From Sphyrna mokarran (lineage: Eukaryota), in assembly GCA_024679065.1 (NCBI GenBank), contig JAGIQG010000043.1, positions 1,736,001 to 1,800,000 of the forward strand: a stretch of 64,000 nucleotides of DNA, given 5' to 3'. Under the pieces are notes generated by a model. It searched no databases, was not told where the DNA came from, and worked only from the letters and a program-made list of their open reading frames with translations. Position numbers and translations under genes: made by a program. Below, one piece after another: positions 1 through 12,114 of this stretch (within the stretch, counting starts at the first letter, position 1; each line of letters begins with the position of its first letter).

Positions 1-249
1 GGGACTTCTGTGTTCCTTCTGAGGAAACTGTTTGCGCTGATTCCAGTGTCGGAATTTCCTTTCGGTACGAAGGAAGGGCATAAATGAAGACAGTTAGGCC
101 AAATTTGAAATAAAGTTTTCTCACAAAATATGGTGTTACAGATATATGCCCTTGCGGTTGGTTTTGTATTTTCCCAATGAATTGCACAAGCAAGTTCATC
201 AAAAAGATTCGGGAAACAATATGATTCACAATGAATACATGAACAGGGA

Positions 250-400
250 GGCACGGCGACAGAGTGGTTTAGCACTGCTGCCTCACAGCGCCAGTGACTT
301 CAATTCCAGGCCTGGGTCACTGTCTGTGTGGAGTTTTGCACATTCTGCTGCAGCTGCGTCGGCTTTGTCTGGGTGTTCCAGTTTCCTCCCACGTCATAAA
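250..400 (+). mobile_element. HE1/V-SINE-like SINE head, representative of more than 20 copies (e.g. ~930-1225, 1720-2240, 4420-4950, 12225-12640, 16890-17190, 20860-21085, 22075-22345, 27350-27755, 28140-28400, 32170-32440, 34190-34490, 38320-38580, 40250-40560, 45840-46155, 48628-48930, 49490-49800, 54650-54950, 60700-60990, 62020-62260)
   Basis: tRNA-like A/B-box head (gtggttagcactgctgcctcacagcgcc..ggttcgattcc) followed by the core ctgtgtggagtttgcacattctccccgtgtctgcgtgggtttcctcc. Confidence 0.8.
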
Positions 401-2659
401 GGTTTTATCTTTACCCACCCATCACCCCACCTCCTAGTGACCTTGCATCTGAGAGGCAGTGTAAGACACTGGCCTTCACTGTACTGAGCTTTGTTACCGA
501 TTTATCATCTGTTTCTGAATCAATAAAGCCAGTATTTAATTTACAGTCGGCGCTTCCAATGGGTCACAGTTCTCCACCATATTCGTTGAGGTGGGATACA
601 TTTCAGGATGTGGGATGCAATTCAGGACCTCCACCAACGCCCTCCTCCACCCGTGTGAAGTAGGAGGTCCCGTCCTGTCGACCTGGATTCTGGGCTGTTT
701 TGAGGTGTGTTCCGAAACATACAGTGATTGCAATTTTACAGCCAACCAGCAGAATCTTCTGGTACCTCAACACTGGGTGCCCACCCCGCCCACTCATAGC
801 GTGATTCCTGGAAGCAGGATGTTGGTTCGTGATGGAGGAGTAGTGCTGCGACAGCTCGCGCTACTAAATAAATCTTTTCACTTTAATCTGATGTTGTAAA
901 ACTTCTTACTGCCCTGATTTTCTACATCATAGAATCCTAAAGAGCAAAGGAAGCCATTCAGCCCATTGACTGTGTACCGACTTCAATCCGAGCCAGGTTC
1001 TATCCTTATTACCAAATGCATTTACCTTCGCTAGTCCCAATGACAATTTTAACATGGCCAATCCACCTAACTTGCACATTCTTGTACTCTGGGAGGAAGC
1101 CGGAGCACCTGGAGGAAACTAACGCAGTCTCGGGGAGAATGTGCAAACTCAATGCAGACAGTGATGCAAGCCGGAAATCGAACCAGTGTCCCTGGTGCTG
1201 TGAGACGGCTGTGTCACCACGCCTCCCAATGGTCGCAGTTTCAGGAAACAGGAAGTGCAACATTACCTGGACGTCATTATGGAATAACCACAAAAGGTTG
1301 ACGCGCAGGTACAGCGGGTGGTGAAGAAAACTAACGACATGCTGGCCTTCATAGCAAGAGGATCTGAATATCAAAGTAAGTATGTCTTTCTGCGGTTATA
1401 CATGGCATTGGTAAGGCCACTCCTTGAGTATTGCATGCAGTTCTGGTCTCCTAGCCGGAGGAAGAACATTCTTGCCATTCAGGGAATCCAGTAAAGATTC
1501 ACCAAATTCATTCTCAGAATGGGAGGACTGATGAACGAAGGGAGACTGGATCGCCTAAGCTTGTACCCACTGGAATTTAGAAGAATGGGAAGGGATCGCA
1601 TGAAAATATTTAAACTCCTGACGGGATTGGACAGGCTAGATATGGCAGCACTGTTGTTAGCAGTGCTGTATCACAGCTCTAGGGACCTGGGTTAAACTAA
1701 TGCCTTTTTCAGATTTTTGTTTATAGTCCCTACAGTACAGAAGGATACCGCTCGGCTCATTGTGCCTCATTGATAACAATCCCGCCCAGGCCCTATCTCC
1801 ATAATCCCACATATTTACGCCCCTAATCCCCCTGAAAGGAGGGAGCAACTTAATATGGACAATTCAACTAATTTCCACGTCTTTGGACTGGAGAGACAAC
1901 GGGAGCACGTGGACGAAACCTACACAGACACGGAGAGAATGCACTCTGTCCATATAGACAGTCATCAAGCCAGAAATCGAATCGGAGTCGCTGGCGCTGT
2001 GAGGCTGTGTTAACCACTGTGCCGCCGTGCCGTTTCTCTGTTTCTACAGAGACTGCACGTTCTCCCCGTATCAGCGTGGGTTTTTCCTGGGCGCTCCGCT
2101 GTCCTCCCATAGTCCGAAAGACGGGCTGGTTGGGTGTATTGGCCATGTTAAATTCTCCTTCAGTGGAGAGACTCATGGAGTTTCACTGTAAGTTCATTGC
2201 AGTGTTGATGTAAATCTACTTGTCACACAAATAAACATCAAAATCTAAATGGTCACGTGTATCAAATCGATTTGTAAACTGTACAATTAGATTAACCTCA
2301 TAGAGGTTTAGAAAATCACGAGACACATAGATAAAATGAAAAACTAAGGCAGATTCTCCAGGGTGGGAGCATCAAAAACTAAAGAACATAGCTCGAAGTT
2401 GAGAGGGGGATGTATAAAAGGGTATGGGGATAAACTGCTTCACATAGAACATGGTACGCATATGGAATGAGCTTTCAGACCGGGTGGTAGTGGCAGGTGC
2501 AATTGCAACATTGAAAAGACATTTGTACAGGTACATGGATGGATAATGTCGAGAGGGATATGGCCAAGTGCAGGAAAATTGGATTAGCTTCGCTTAGAAA
2601 GCCTGGTCAACTAGGACGAGTTAGGTCAAAGGACCTGTTCCTATGCTGCATCTCTCTCT

Positions 2660-3300
2660 CTCTAATTGTAACGAGCCTGTCCTCTGTTTACACCATCCAC
2701 CACCGTCAAGTAACATTCATCAATTTGCAGTTGAACACTTACTTCCCGTGTTTGACCACCTTATGCAATTCTGTCCAAGAAGCGCCTCAACTCTAAAAAC
2801 AGGAAAGACATTGACAACTTCTGGCAAGAACGTCATTTTTTCCATCTCAGGCATCAGATGATGAAGTGATCAGAATCTTAGCCAACCACCTCCGCCTCTC
2901 AGTTCATGTTGCAGACCCCCAATTGGGCTGTGGGTAAGAGTATTTTGAGATTCACAGCTATCAGCCGCAGTCACAGGAAATGTGCCTCTTTGCTGCCGAA
3001 GCTGGTTCTCAGCTGCTGCCTCTACTGAATCCCTTCTTCATCGTTCAAGATCAAGCATTTCTGCAAAATAGTTCAGACCCTCAGTAAGGCCCAACACTCT
3101 CTGTTCATTTCACAACTCATTTTATCAGTAATCCTTTCCATAAGGATCTTTGCATTGATATTAATGTAACTCATTAATGAAAGGAAGCAGTCCCTTCACC
3201 AGCACCTCACTGGGATTGCACTGTGTAATATTTACACAAACGCTTTGCAACAATTCAGGAAAATTGCCATCTGCTGGAAATTGATGGGAGGACATGAGAA
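2660..3300 (-). other. Unidentified ~600-bp element, copy 1 (degenerate reading frame)
   Basis: Colinear similarity with 3755-4345, 39330-39960 and 46200-46670. Confidence 0.6.
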
Positions 3301-3754
3301 TTCGACAATCTCCAACAACTTCCAGGCTGCACCCCACATCTACTGTATTACTATGGCTAGCATTGCTGTCTCACAATTTCAAGGATCCGGGCTCTTGGCT
3401 TGAGTCATTGTCTGTGCGGAGTCTACACGTTCTCCCTTTTCTCTCTGCCGTTTTCTTCCGGGTGTCGATTTTCCAGGATAGGAGAATCTAAAACTAAGGG
3501 CTGTAGCTTGAATTTGAGAGAGGAGCGATTAAAAGGCTAATAAGGTGAAACCTTTTGTACACAGAGTGTCATGAGCTGCCAGAGGAGGTGGCGGAAGTGG
3601 TACAATTACAACATTAAAAAAAACACTTGAACATATACATGGATGGAAAAGATTTATAGGAATACGTGCCAAACGCAGGCATATGGGATTAGCTCCGTTT
3701 TGGAAACTTAGTTGGTATGGATGAATTTGTGCTGTTTCCCTGCGGTTTCTCTCT

Positions 3755-4345
3755 GTCAAATTGTATATGAGCCTGTTCTCTGTTTAATCTAATACACCCC
3801 AGACTGAACACACTCATCAATCTGTATTCTAACACTTAGTGCCAGCGTTTGACCACAACAGGCAATTCTGTGCATAACGCACTACAATTATTAAAACAGG
3901 AAATGCACTGACAGCTTCTGCTCCAACGTCATTTTCCATCTCAAGCATCAGGTCGTGAAGTGGTCGGAATCTTGGTCAGCGATCTCCTCCCCTCAGTGCG
4001 TTTTGCACAGCACCGAATGGGCTGTGAGTAAGGGTGTTCTGACACTCACAGAAAACAGATGAGGTCACAGGCAATGAGCCTCTTTGCTGCCGAGCCCCGC
4101 TCTCTGCAGCTGCTTCTACCGCCTCAAACATTTCTGCAGTTCAGGCCCTCAATGAGGCTCAACACTCACTGCACATATCCAAACCCATTGTGTCAGTAAT
4201 CCTTTCTACCAGGCTCTTCACGTTCACATTAATATAGCTTATTAATGCCGGGAATAATCCCTTCACGTCACTGGGATCGCACTGTATAATGTCTACACAA
4301 ACGCACGGTAACAAATGAGGATGATTGCTATCTGTTTGCAAGAAA
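3755..4345 (-). other. Unidentified element, copy 2 (tandem with copy 1)
   Basis: Shares blocks such as gagcctgt.ctctgttta, aaaacaggaaa, cgtcattttccatctca and cctctttgctgccga with copy 1. Confidence 0.6.
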
Positions 4346-5249
4346 TGGAAGTAGCTGAGGTGATTTGAAAGCGTGAGAACCTGCATTTGCCCTCCCAGCC
4401 ACGGCCCCAGGCTGAGTATCTTTCTGTGTTTATCACTTATGCCTCACAATTTGAGGGACCCTGTGTTGTTTCCGTGCTCAGGTCACTGTCTGTGTGGAGT
4501 TTGCACTGTGTCTCCGTGTTTGTGTGGATTTCCTCTGGGTGCTCCAGTTTCCTTCCATAGTCTGATAGACGTGCTGGTTAGGTGCATTGGCCTATTGTCC
4601 CAGAACAGGCACCAGAGAGTGAGCAGACGAAGAGTTTTCACAGAAATATCATTGCACTGTTCATGTAAGCTTACTTGTATACTATTCAATAATGCACAAA
4701 TAACTTGCTCTGGTCTCGAAACTTTCATTCCTTACCATGCTCTACACGTCGGCGCCTGTTTGGGTACACCGAAGGAAACTTTAGCATGGCCATTGGCCCT
4801 AACAAGCATGCTTTTCACATTGTGGGAGGAAAGCGAAGTACCCAGTGGAATCCAAGTAGAGAAAAGGAGAGCATGCAGAATCCGTATAGACAGTCACCCA
4901 AGGCTGGAATTGAACTTCAGGACTTGGCGCCGTGAGACAGCACTGCCAACCCATTACGAATGACATGTTTTATCTGGATGGTAAATAAGGAGCAATACTT
5001 TTCACAGTGCCCCAGTGCAAGTGACAATGATAAATTAAATTTATGTACTTTATGTTCGGTATGTTGTGTCTGTGCAATGCACAAGAAACAACACTTTTCA
5101 ATGTATCCCAATACATATGTCAATAATAAATTGAATCATGTCAAATCATTCGCTGCCCATGGTTGAAGTAAATTTCTGAATGAATAAATGTAATTTAGAA
5201 GAGTTAACTTAACCCGTCCTGTACCCTCCAGATGGATTAACTTAACCAT

Positions 5250-7730
5250 CATTTGGCCTTTATAGCGAGGGGTATAGAATATAAAAGCAGGGGAGGGGTA
5301 TTGCTGCAACTGTACAGAGCACTGGTGAGGCCGCAACTGGAGTACTATGTGCAGTTTGGTCACCGCATTTGTGAAACGATACTTTGGCCTTGGAGGGAGT
5401 GCAGAGAAGGTTCACCAGGCTGATACCGGAGATGAAGGGATTAGCTTATGAAGAGAGATTGAATAGACTGGGTCTGTACTCGTTAGAGTTTAAAAGGCTG
5501 AGAGACTTACAAGATAATGTAGAGGTAGGGAGATTCTTCCCGCTTAGAAAGGATAGCAGAACGAGAAGGCACATCCTCAAAATGGAGGTTTATGTCAGGA
5601 TGAGGCTTGAAGGCTCAGATAGTGCAATGGATAGCTATAGATTAGCCAGGAAGGAGGTAAAAAGTGAATTGAGGAGAGCTAAGATGGGACACGAGAAGAT
5701 GTTGGCTGATAGGATTAAGGAGAATCCTAAAGCTTTCTTTCGATATGTTAAGAATAGAAGATTGGTTAGGGCAAGATTAGGGCCAGTCATAGACAGCAGT
5801 GGGAAGTTGTGCGTGGAGCTGAAGAGATTGGAGAGGCACTGAATAAATATTTCTCTTCGGTATTCACGCAGGGTGATGTAAATGTAGTTATGGAGAACAC
5901 TGAGGTACAGGGTTGCAAACTGGAAAGTATTGAAGTAGATAGGGAGGATGTGCTAGATATTCTTGAGGGGTTGAAGTTGGATAAGTCCCCTGGGCCGGAC
6001 GGTATTTACCCTAGTATTCTCTGGGAGGCAAGAGAGGCGATTGCAGAGCCTCTGGCTCTGATCTTCAGGTCGTCGTTGGTTACGGGTGTGGTTCCGGAGG
6101 ACTGGAGGATAGCGAATGTGGTCCCATTGTTTAAGAAGGGGAAGAGAGACCTTCCTGGGAATTATAGGCCAGTGATTCTTACTTCTGTTGTGGGCAAGGT
6201 ATTGGAGAGAATTATTAGGGATAGGATTTATAGTTATTTAGAGAGAAATGAATTGATTGGGGATAGTCAGCATGGTTTCGTGAAGGGTAGGTCGTGCCTT
6301 ACTAACCTCATTGAGTTTTGTGAGAAAGTGACCAGAGAGGTGGATGTGGGTAAGGCGGTTGATGTAGTATATATGGACTTTGGTAAGGCGTTTGATAAGG
6401 TGGCCCATGGAAGACTTCTACAGAAAATGCAGATGTGTGGAATAGAGGGTGATTTAGCTAATTGGATTAGAAATTGGCTGGCAGATAGAAGACAGAGGGT
6501 GGTGGTTGAGGGGAGATATTCATCGTGGAGTTCGGTGACGAGTGGTGTGCCTCAGGGGTCTGTTTTGGGGCCCCTGCTGTTTGTAATTTTTATAAATGAT
6601 CTTGATGAGGGTATTGAGGGATGGATCAGTAAATTTGCAGATGATACTAAAGTTGGTGGTGTGGTAGATAGTGAAGAGGGGTGTTTTAGTTTACAGAGTG
6701 ACTTGGACAAGTTGCAGAGCTGGGCCGAGAGGTGGCAAATGGAGTTTAATGTGAAAAGTGTGAGGTAATGCACTTTGGCAGGAACAATAAATGTGTAGAG
6801 TATAGGGCTAATGGTAGGGCTCTTTATAGTGTTGAGGAACAGAAGGATCTTGGTGTATGTGTCAATAGATCCCTGAAAGTAGGCAGTCAAGTGGATAAAG
6901 TTGTTAAAAAGGCATATGGAGTCTTAGCTTTTATTGTAGGGGGATTGAATTTAGGAGCCGCAGCATCATGTTGCAACTGTACAAAACTCTAGTGCGGCCG
7001 CACTTGGAGTATTGTGTGCAGTTCTGGTCGCCACATTATAAGAAAGATGTGGAGGCATTGGAGAGGGTACAGCGGAGGTTTACCAGGATGTTGCCTGGTA
7101 TGGAGGGCAGGTCCTATGAAGAGAGGTTGAAGGATTTGAGGTTGTTTCGTTAGAAAGGAGGCGGCTAAGAGGGGATCTTATTGAAGCATATAAGATGATT
7201 AGAGGTTTAGATAGGGTGGACAGTGATAGCCTTTTTCCTAGGATGGAGCAAGCTAGCACGAGGGGACACAGCTTTAAATTAAGGGGTATGAGTTATAGGA
7301 CGGATATCAGAGGTAGGTTCTTACTCAAAGAGTGATTAGGGAGTGGAATGCCCTGCCTGCAGCTGTTGTAGATGCGCCAAGTTTGGTGGCGTTTAAGATG
7401 TTAGTTGATAAGTATATGGAAGAGAAGGGAATGGTTTAGTTAGGAGGGGCATTGCTTTTTATTTTGGTCGGCACAACATCGAAGGCCGAAGGGCCTGTTC
7501 TGTGCTGTATTGTTCTATGTTCTATGTTCTATAAAATAAGGAGTGGGGGGGAGGACGCAATTTAGATCGGAGTTGAAGAGGATCTTCTTCACTCAAAGGG
7601 TGAATTCTGGAATTCTCTGCCCATTGAAGTTGTAGATGGTACCTCGCTGATTATATTTAAGTCACACATAGATAGATTTCTGATAGACAAGGGAATTAAG
7701 GGTTATGGGAAGAAAGCGGGAAAGTGTCAG
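5250..7730 (+). mobile_element. Older CR1 3' fragment (5250-5583 and 7533-7730), split by the young insertion
   Basis: ALEGVQRRFTRLIPEM..RTRRHILK continues after the insert into the CR1 C-terminal/3' UTR sequence. Confidence 0.8.
5584..7532 (+). mobile_element. 5'-truncated young CR1 LINE (RT domain + 3' UTR), nested in an older CR1 fragment
   Basis: ORF2 motifs KSPGPDG, QHGF, YMDFx[18 protein letters not shown]; (TTCTATG)n tail; frameshifts. Confidence 0.95.
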
Positions 7731-7734
7731 AATC

Positions 7735-8165
7735 TGATGGAGGCTGGCATGTTCCAGTCCATTTTTCTTTCCAGAGCCTTTTTGGAAATTTCTGGGACTC
7801 GGAAGCCTGAGCGATTTAATCCAAAATCCAAAAAGGATCAGTTCACGACAGATGTTAAAAAAGCTGAAAACTCAGTACCATGTGAATATACTTACCTTTT
7901 GTGCTAATCCTAGCAACGCGTGTATTTCTGGAGTATGTTGTTTGGAGTGGAACTTCATAGACAGCTTGCTGGTAACGTGTATTCTATATCATGTTCGAAT
8001 CGTGTAATTGGGAAAGGTTATGCTAATTCTTTTGATTAAAATTGGCCTGTATTCTTAAATAAACTTTTTTTGATAAAAGCTTTTGTACTGATTATTTGAA
8101 TCATACCCAGAGTGAAGCATCTTATGCTCAACTGTGCCAAATTCAAATGTAAGAACATAGGATTT
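7735..8165 (+). repeat. LTR-like interspersed repeat fragment; homologous inverted copy at ~34500-35480
   Basis: Blocks ttcttaaataaa..ttgataaaa and gatttaatccaa recur in reverse complement at ~34700 and ~35240. Confidence 0.4.
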
Positions 8166-9740
8166 AGTTTACAGAGTTGTCATCACTGTTCGCCACTTGT
8201 CCCCGTCTGAAATTTTGATGACCTGACCGGGCTCATTCTCCATTTCTCGGCCCAGTGAAGCTCCCTCTTCAGTAGGAGTATCTACATATTGTCCCAAAGA
8301 ATATTCCTGGGAACATTTTACAGATTCTTTCTCGTCCGGACCCCTAGCCCTAACGGATTTCCAGTCTATATGAGGGAAATTAAAGTCTCCCACGACAACA
8401 GTCCTATTTTTTCTACACCTATCCAGAATCTTCGTAAGTATCCCTTCCACAACTTCCCATGGGCTGTTGGGAGAATTGCAGTATAACCGCAGCAAAGTGA
8501 CTGTGCCCTTCTTGATTCTGAGCTCTACCCAAAGTGTTTTGTTATGTGATCCTTCCAAATTGTTCACTCTCTGTACCGCTGCAATATGCTCCTTAACCAG
8601 GATTGTTGCTCCCTCGCCTCTTCTAGCTCTTTCTCTATCTCCCCTAAAGCATTTATATCCCGGAATATTCAGCTGCCAGTCCTGACTTCTTTTAAGTCCC
8701 TGTCACTGCAACCACATAAAGTTGAGCGCCTGTATTAAAGCTAAGTTCATCTGCCTTGCCTATTCGCTCCTTGCATTTAAGCACTCCGGACCTCACTGAG
8801 TTCATTCTCCCCGAGATTGTTCTTCCTCATGGGTAGCCTTGTCATGGCCCCATGTTCGCCCCTCTGCCTCTACACTTCCTGACCTGTTCTGATTCACAAC
8901 TCCCTTGCCACATTAGCTTAAACCCACCCGAACTACACTAGCACACCTCCAGCTAGGATATTGAAGGCACTCCAGCTCAGGTGTAACCCATCCTTCTTGT
9001 ACAGGTCCCATCCTCTCTGGAAGGCTTTCCAGTTATCCACGAATCTGAAACCTTCTCTCCTGCACCAGTTCTTTATCCACGTGTTCAGCGGCACGATCTC
9101 CCTGTTCTTACGCCACTAGCACATGGCACGAGGAAAAATCCAGAGATTGCTATCCTAAAGATCCTGTTTTTTATTCTTCTACCTAACTCCCTAAATTGCT
9201 CTCGCAGGACCTCCCTGCTCTTTCTGCTTACGTCATTTGTAGCAATGTGGACAATGATATCAGTATGATTACAGTTCCCTTTTAGATCCCTTTTACGCGT
9301 TCAAAGACACCCAGGACTCTAGCACCAGGAAGGCAGTCTAACGTCCTGGAATCTCGTTCAGGCCCACAAGATCTGCCTGTCTGTGCCTCTAACGATTGAA
9401 TCCCCATTACTATGGCTCTCCGATTCTTCCCCCTTTTCCTTCTGACCTATAGAGACCAAATCGGCACCAATGACCTGGTCACCATGGCTTACCTCTAGAA
9501 GGTAATCCTCCCCAACAGTATCCAAAACGGCATACTTATTTTGGAGGGGAACAACCACAGGGGATCCCTGCACTGACGGCTTCCTCTCCTCCCTTCTCCT
9601 GACTGTCTACCAGCCAGCTACATTTTTAGGTGTTACCACTTCCCGATAACTGCTATCTGTCACCTGTTCTGCCTCCCGGATGCAATGTGAGCTGACAGCT
9701 CTTCTAGATTCGGACATTCGAGTCTGATGGAACATGAACT
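8165..9740 (-). mobile_element. CR1 LINE 5' part (ORF1 SGNH-esterase and ORF2 endonuclease), degenerate
   Basis: Motifs LQNKYAVL..GDSIVRGTD and VVVGDFNFPHIDW. Confidence 0.85.
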
Positions 9741-9781
9741 AAACGCATCGGCAATCTTCGGCAATCAATCGGCAATCAAAA

Positions 9782-10538
9782 AGGAATAATAAATGTGTAG
9801 AGTATAGGGCTAATGGTAGGATTCTTAATAGTGTTGAGGAACAGAGGGAACTTGGTGTATTTGTGCATAGATCCCTGAAAGTAGGCAGTCAAGTCGATAA
9901 GGTTGTTAAGAAGGCATACGGAGTCTTAGCTTTTATTGGTAGGGGGATTGAATTTCGGAGCCGCAACGTCATGTTGCAACTGTACAAAACTCTAGTGCGG
10001 CCGCACTTGGAGTATTGTGTACATTTCTGGTCCCCGCATTATAACAAAGATGTGGAGGCATTGGAGAGGGTACAGAGGAGGTTTACCAGGATGTTGCCTG
10101 GTATGGAGGGCAGGTCTTATGAAGAGAGGTTGAGGGATTTGAGGTTGTTTTCGTTAGAAAGAAGGCGGCTAAGAGGAGACCTTATTGAAACAGATAAGAT
10201 GATTAGAGGTTTAGATAGGGTGGACAGTGATAGCCTTTTTCCTAGGATGGAGAAAGCTAGCACGAGGGGACATAGCTTTAAATTAAGGGGTGGTAGTTAT
10301 AGGACGGATGTCAGAGGTAGGTTCTTTACCCACAGGGTGGTTAGGGTATGGAATGCCCTGCCTGCTGCAGTTGTAGATGCGCCACGTTTGATGGCGTTTA
10401 AGAGGTTAGTAGATAAGTTTATGGACAGAAGGGAATGGTTTAGGTTAGAGGGTCATTGCTTTTTCCTAATTGGTCGGCGCAACATCGAAGGCCGAAGGGC
10501 CTGTTCTACGCTGTAATGTTCTGTGCTCTATGTTCTAT
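9782..10538 (+). mobile_element. Young CR1 3' fragment
   Basis: [31 protein letters not shown] tail. Confidence 0.95.
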
Positions 10539-11482
10539 ATCTCGGTTAATAAAAGCATGTGTCCTGGCTCACTCCACTGTTATAGCTGGATAAGTTGCTT
10601 TGTTGGAGAATCGGTGCCCACTCGATGGGATCTCTTCATGCCCTGTAGGATTGCATGTATGTCTATAGCAGCTTAAGCGCATCCTCAACAGTGTTAAGAT
10701 TCTGAAGAAATCACATAGATGTGGACGGATAAAGTTCAGAACATTTCCAATCCGCGTTCCTGACCGATGTTTGGAAGAGTTTCCCTTTAGGATATTTGTT
10801 CAGGAAGACAGAACAGCTTCAGAAAAAAGATAAAGGTCATAAAATATTCGGTAAAATCTGTGTGATTTCCTATGCAAAACCCATTACTGGCCCCAACCCT
10901 ATTTTGGAAATCAGCCAGACAGTCTCACAATTGGATAGCCAGTGACTGCATACGTTTCCACAAAATGTTCAGTGTCTGACAAAGGCCTGCATCAGGAATA
11001 GAATAGTAAAGAATCCTCGCTAATACGAATTTCCCTCCCCTTTCCATTCTGAGGGTACCGACCTTTGATTTAAATAAATGATTTGTCATCATGAATCAAT
11101 GACTGACATCCCTCCCAGCATGAAGACGTGGCCAACGTTTGACAAGGAAAGCGAAATTAGGAAAAGGAAAGAGAGCAGGCAACATTTCACTTCTGGAGGA
11201 CTGGTTAAGAGGGAAATGCATAGGTGGAGTTCGAGCGGCACGTTGTGGTCAGAACAAGAAACTGCAACAACTCACAGTGAGTTTAACACACTGAACCACA
11301 TTAAATAAAGACTTCATTCAATCGCCATCAGGCAATTGAATGCTGACTGTACATTAATTCCGCATTGTATTGGTTCCTCACAGACATCGATCTGTGTCTT
11401 CAATAAATGTCCAGAACTCATTGCAGAACACTTCAGATGCTCACAAATTTATGAATGAAGGATTGTCCCCTCATCTCTGTCA

Positions 11483-12114
11483 TTTTCCAGTGAGGTTTCT
11501 AACAAAAAAAATTCTCTGATCATTGCGGATAACCAGAGGAACGATTCTGGAATATATTACCGTGCAGTGCTCCATTACACAGTCAGGTGATTAATATTCG
11601 GAAACGGCTTCATGTTAGTGATCAAAAGTAAATATTTTCATTTTTCCAATGAATTGAGTATTTGAACTGCAATTAAAACATGTCCTGTTCATTGTTAAAG
11701 TTTTAAATTTATTCATTCAAATCACACGTTGTGTCGTATATAATGCAATAAAGTTACTTGAAAAATTCCATAGTTAATGGATTTTCTGTTCTATTTGGCG
11801 GATTTAGCGAATTCTCCCATCAGATTCCTCCTCAGTCCGCTGCTGGATGAAATTCCCGCCATGGAAAGGGTCCCGTTTTTGAGCTTGGTCTAAGGATTGT
11901 CTCCCGATTCCTCTCCCGCCCGCTGGAATGTTTTGGGGCGGGATATTTGAGGGGCAGACCGATTCAGGGATTCTGGAACCGGACGGGACCTACACCACCA
12001 GGAGTAACATCAGCGTCTCGGCGGAAACTTGGAGGAGCGGTGCTCGCTATACTTGCGCCGTTCAAATCAACTCTGATGATCATCTTCTCAGTGATAGTGT
12101 CGCAGTTCAGAGAG
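11483..12114 (+). pseudogene. Gene C: decayed inverted paralog of gene B (3' half of the VJ exon plus the C1 exon)
   Basis: 11483-11627 reads FSSEVSNKKNSLIIADNQRNDSGIYYRAVLHYTVR*LIFGNGFMLVIK (Cys to Arg, TGA at 11588). The C1 exon 11808-12114 is colinear with gene B C1 but has Cys to Ser, TAA at 11891 and a +1 frameshift near 11945. Confidence 0.9.

Noticed and set aside
146-2240. Numerous 60-120 aa ORFs in the ORF track here and across the window
   Set aside because: Most overlap SINE or LINE fragments or antisense frames and show no domain motifs.
5809-6768. Long RT ORFs (also 28960-30597) as host genes or active LINEs
   Set aside because: They are 5'-truncated CR1 copies with frameshifts or stops and no ORF1 or endonuclease.
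11578-11616. CACAGTC heptamer-like sequence inside the CDR3 of pseudogene C
   Set aside because: No ACAAAAACC-like nonamer at 12- or 23-nt spacing (ttcggaaac, cttcatgtt), and it is absent from the B and A junctions.
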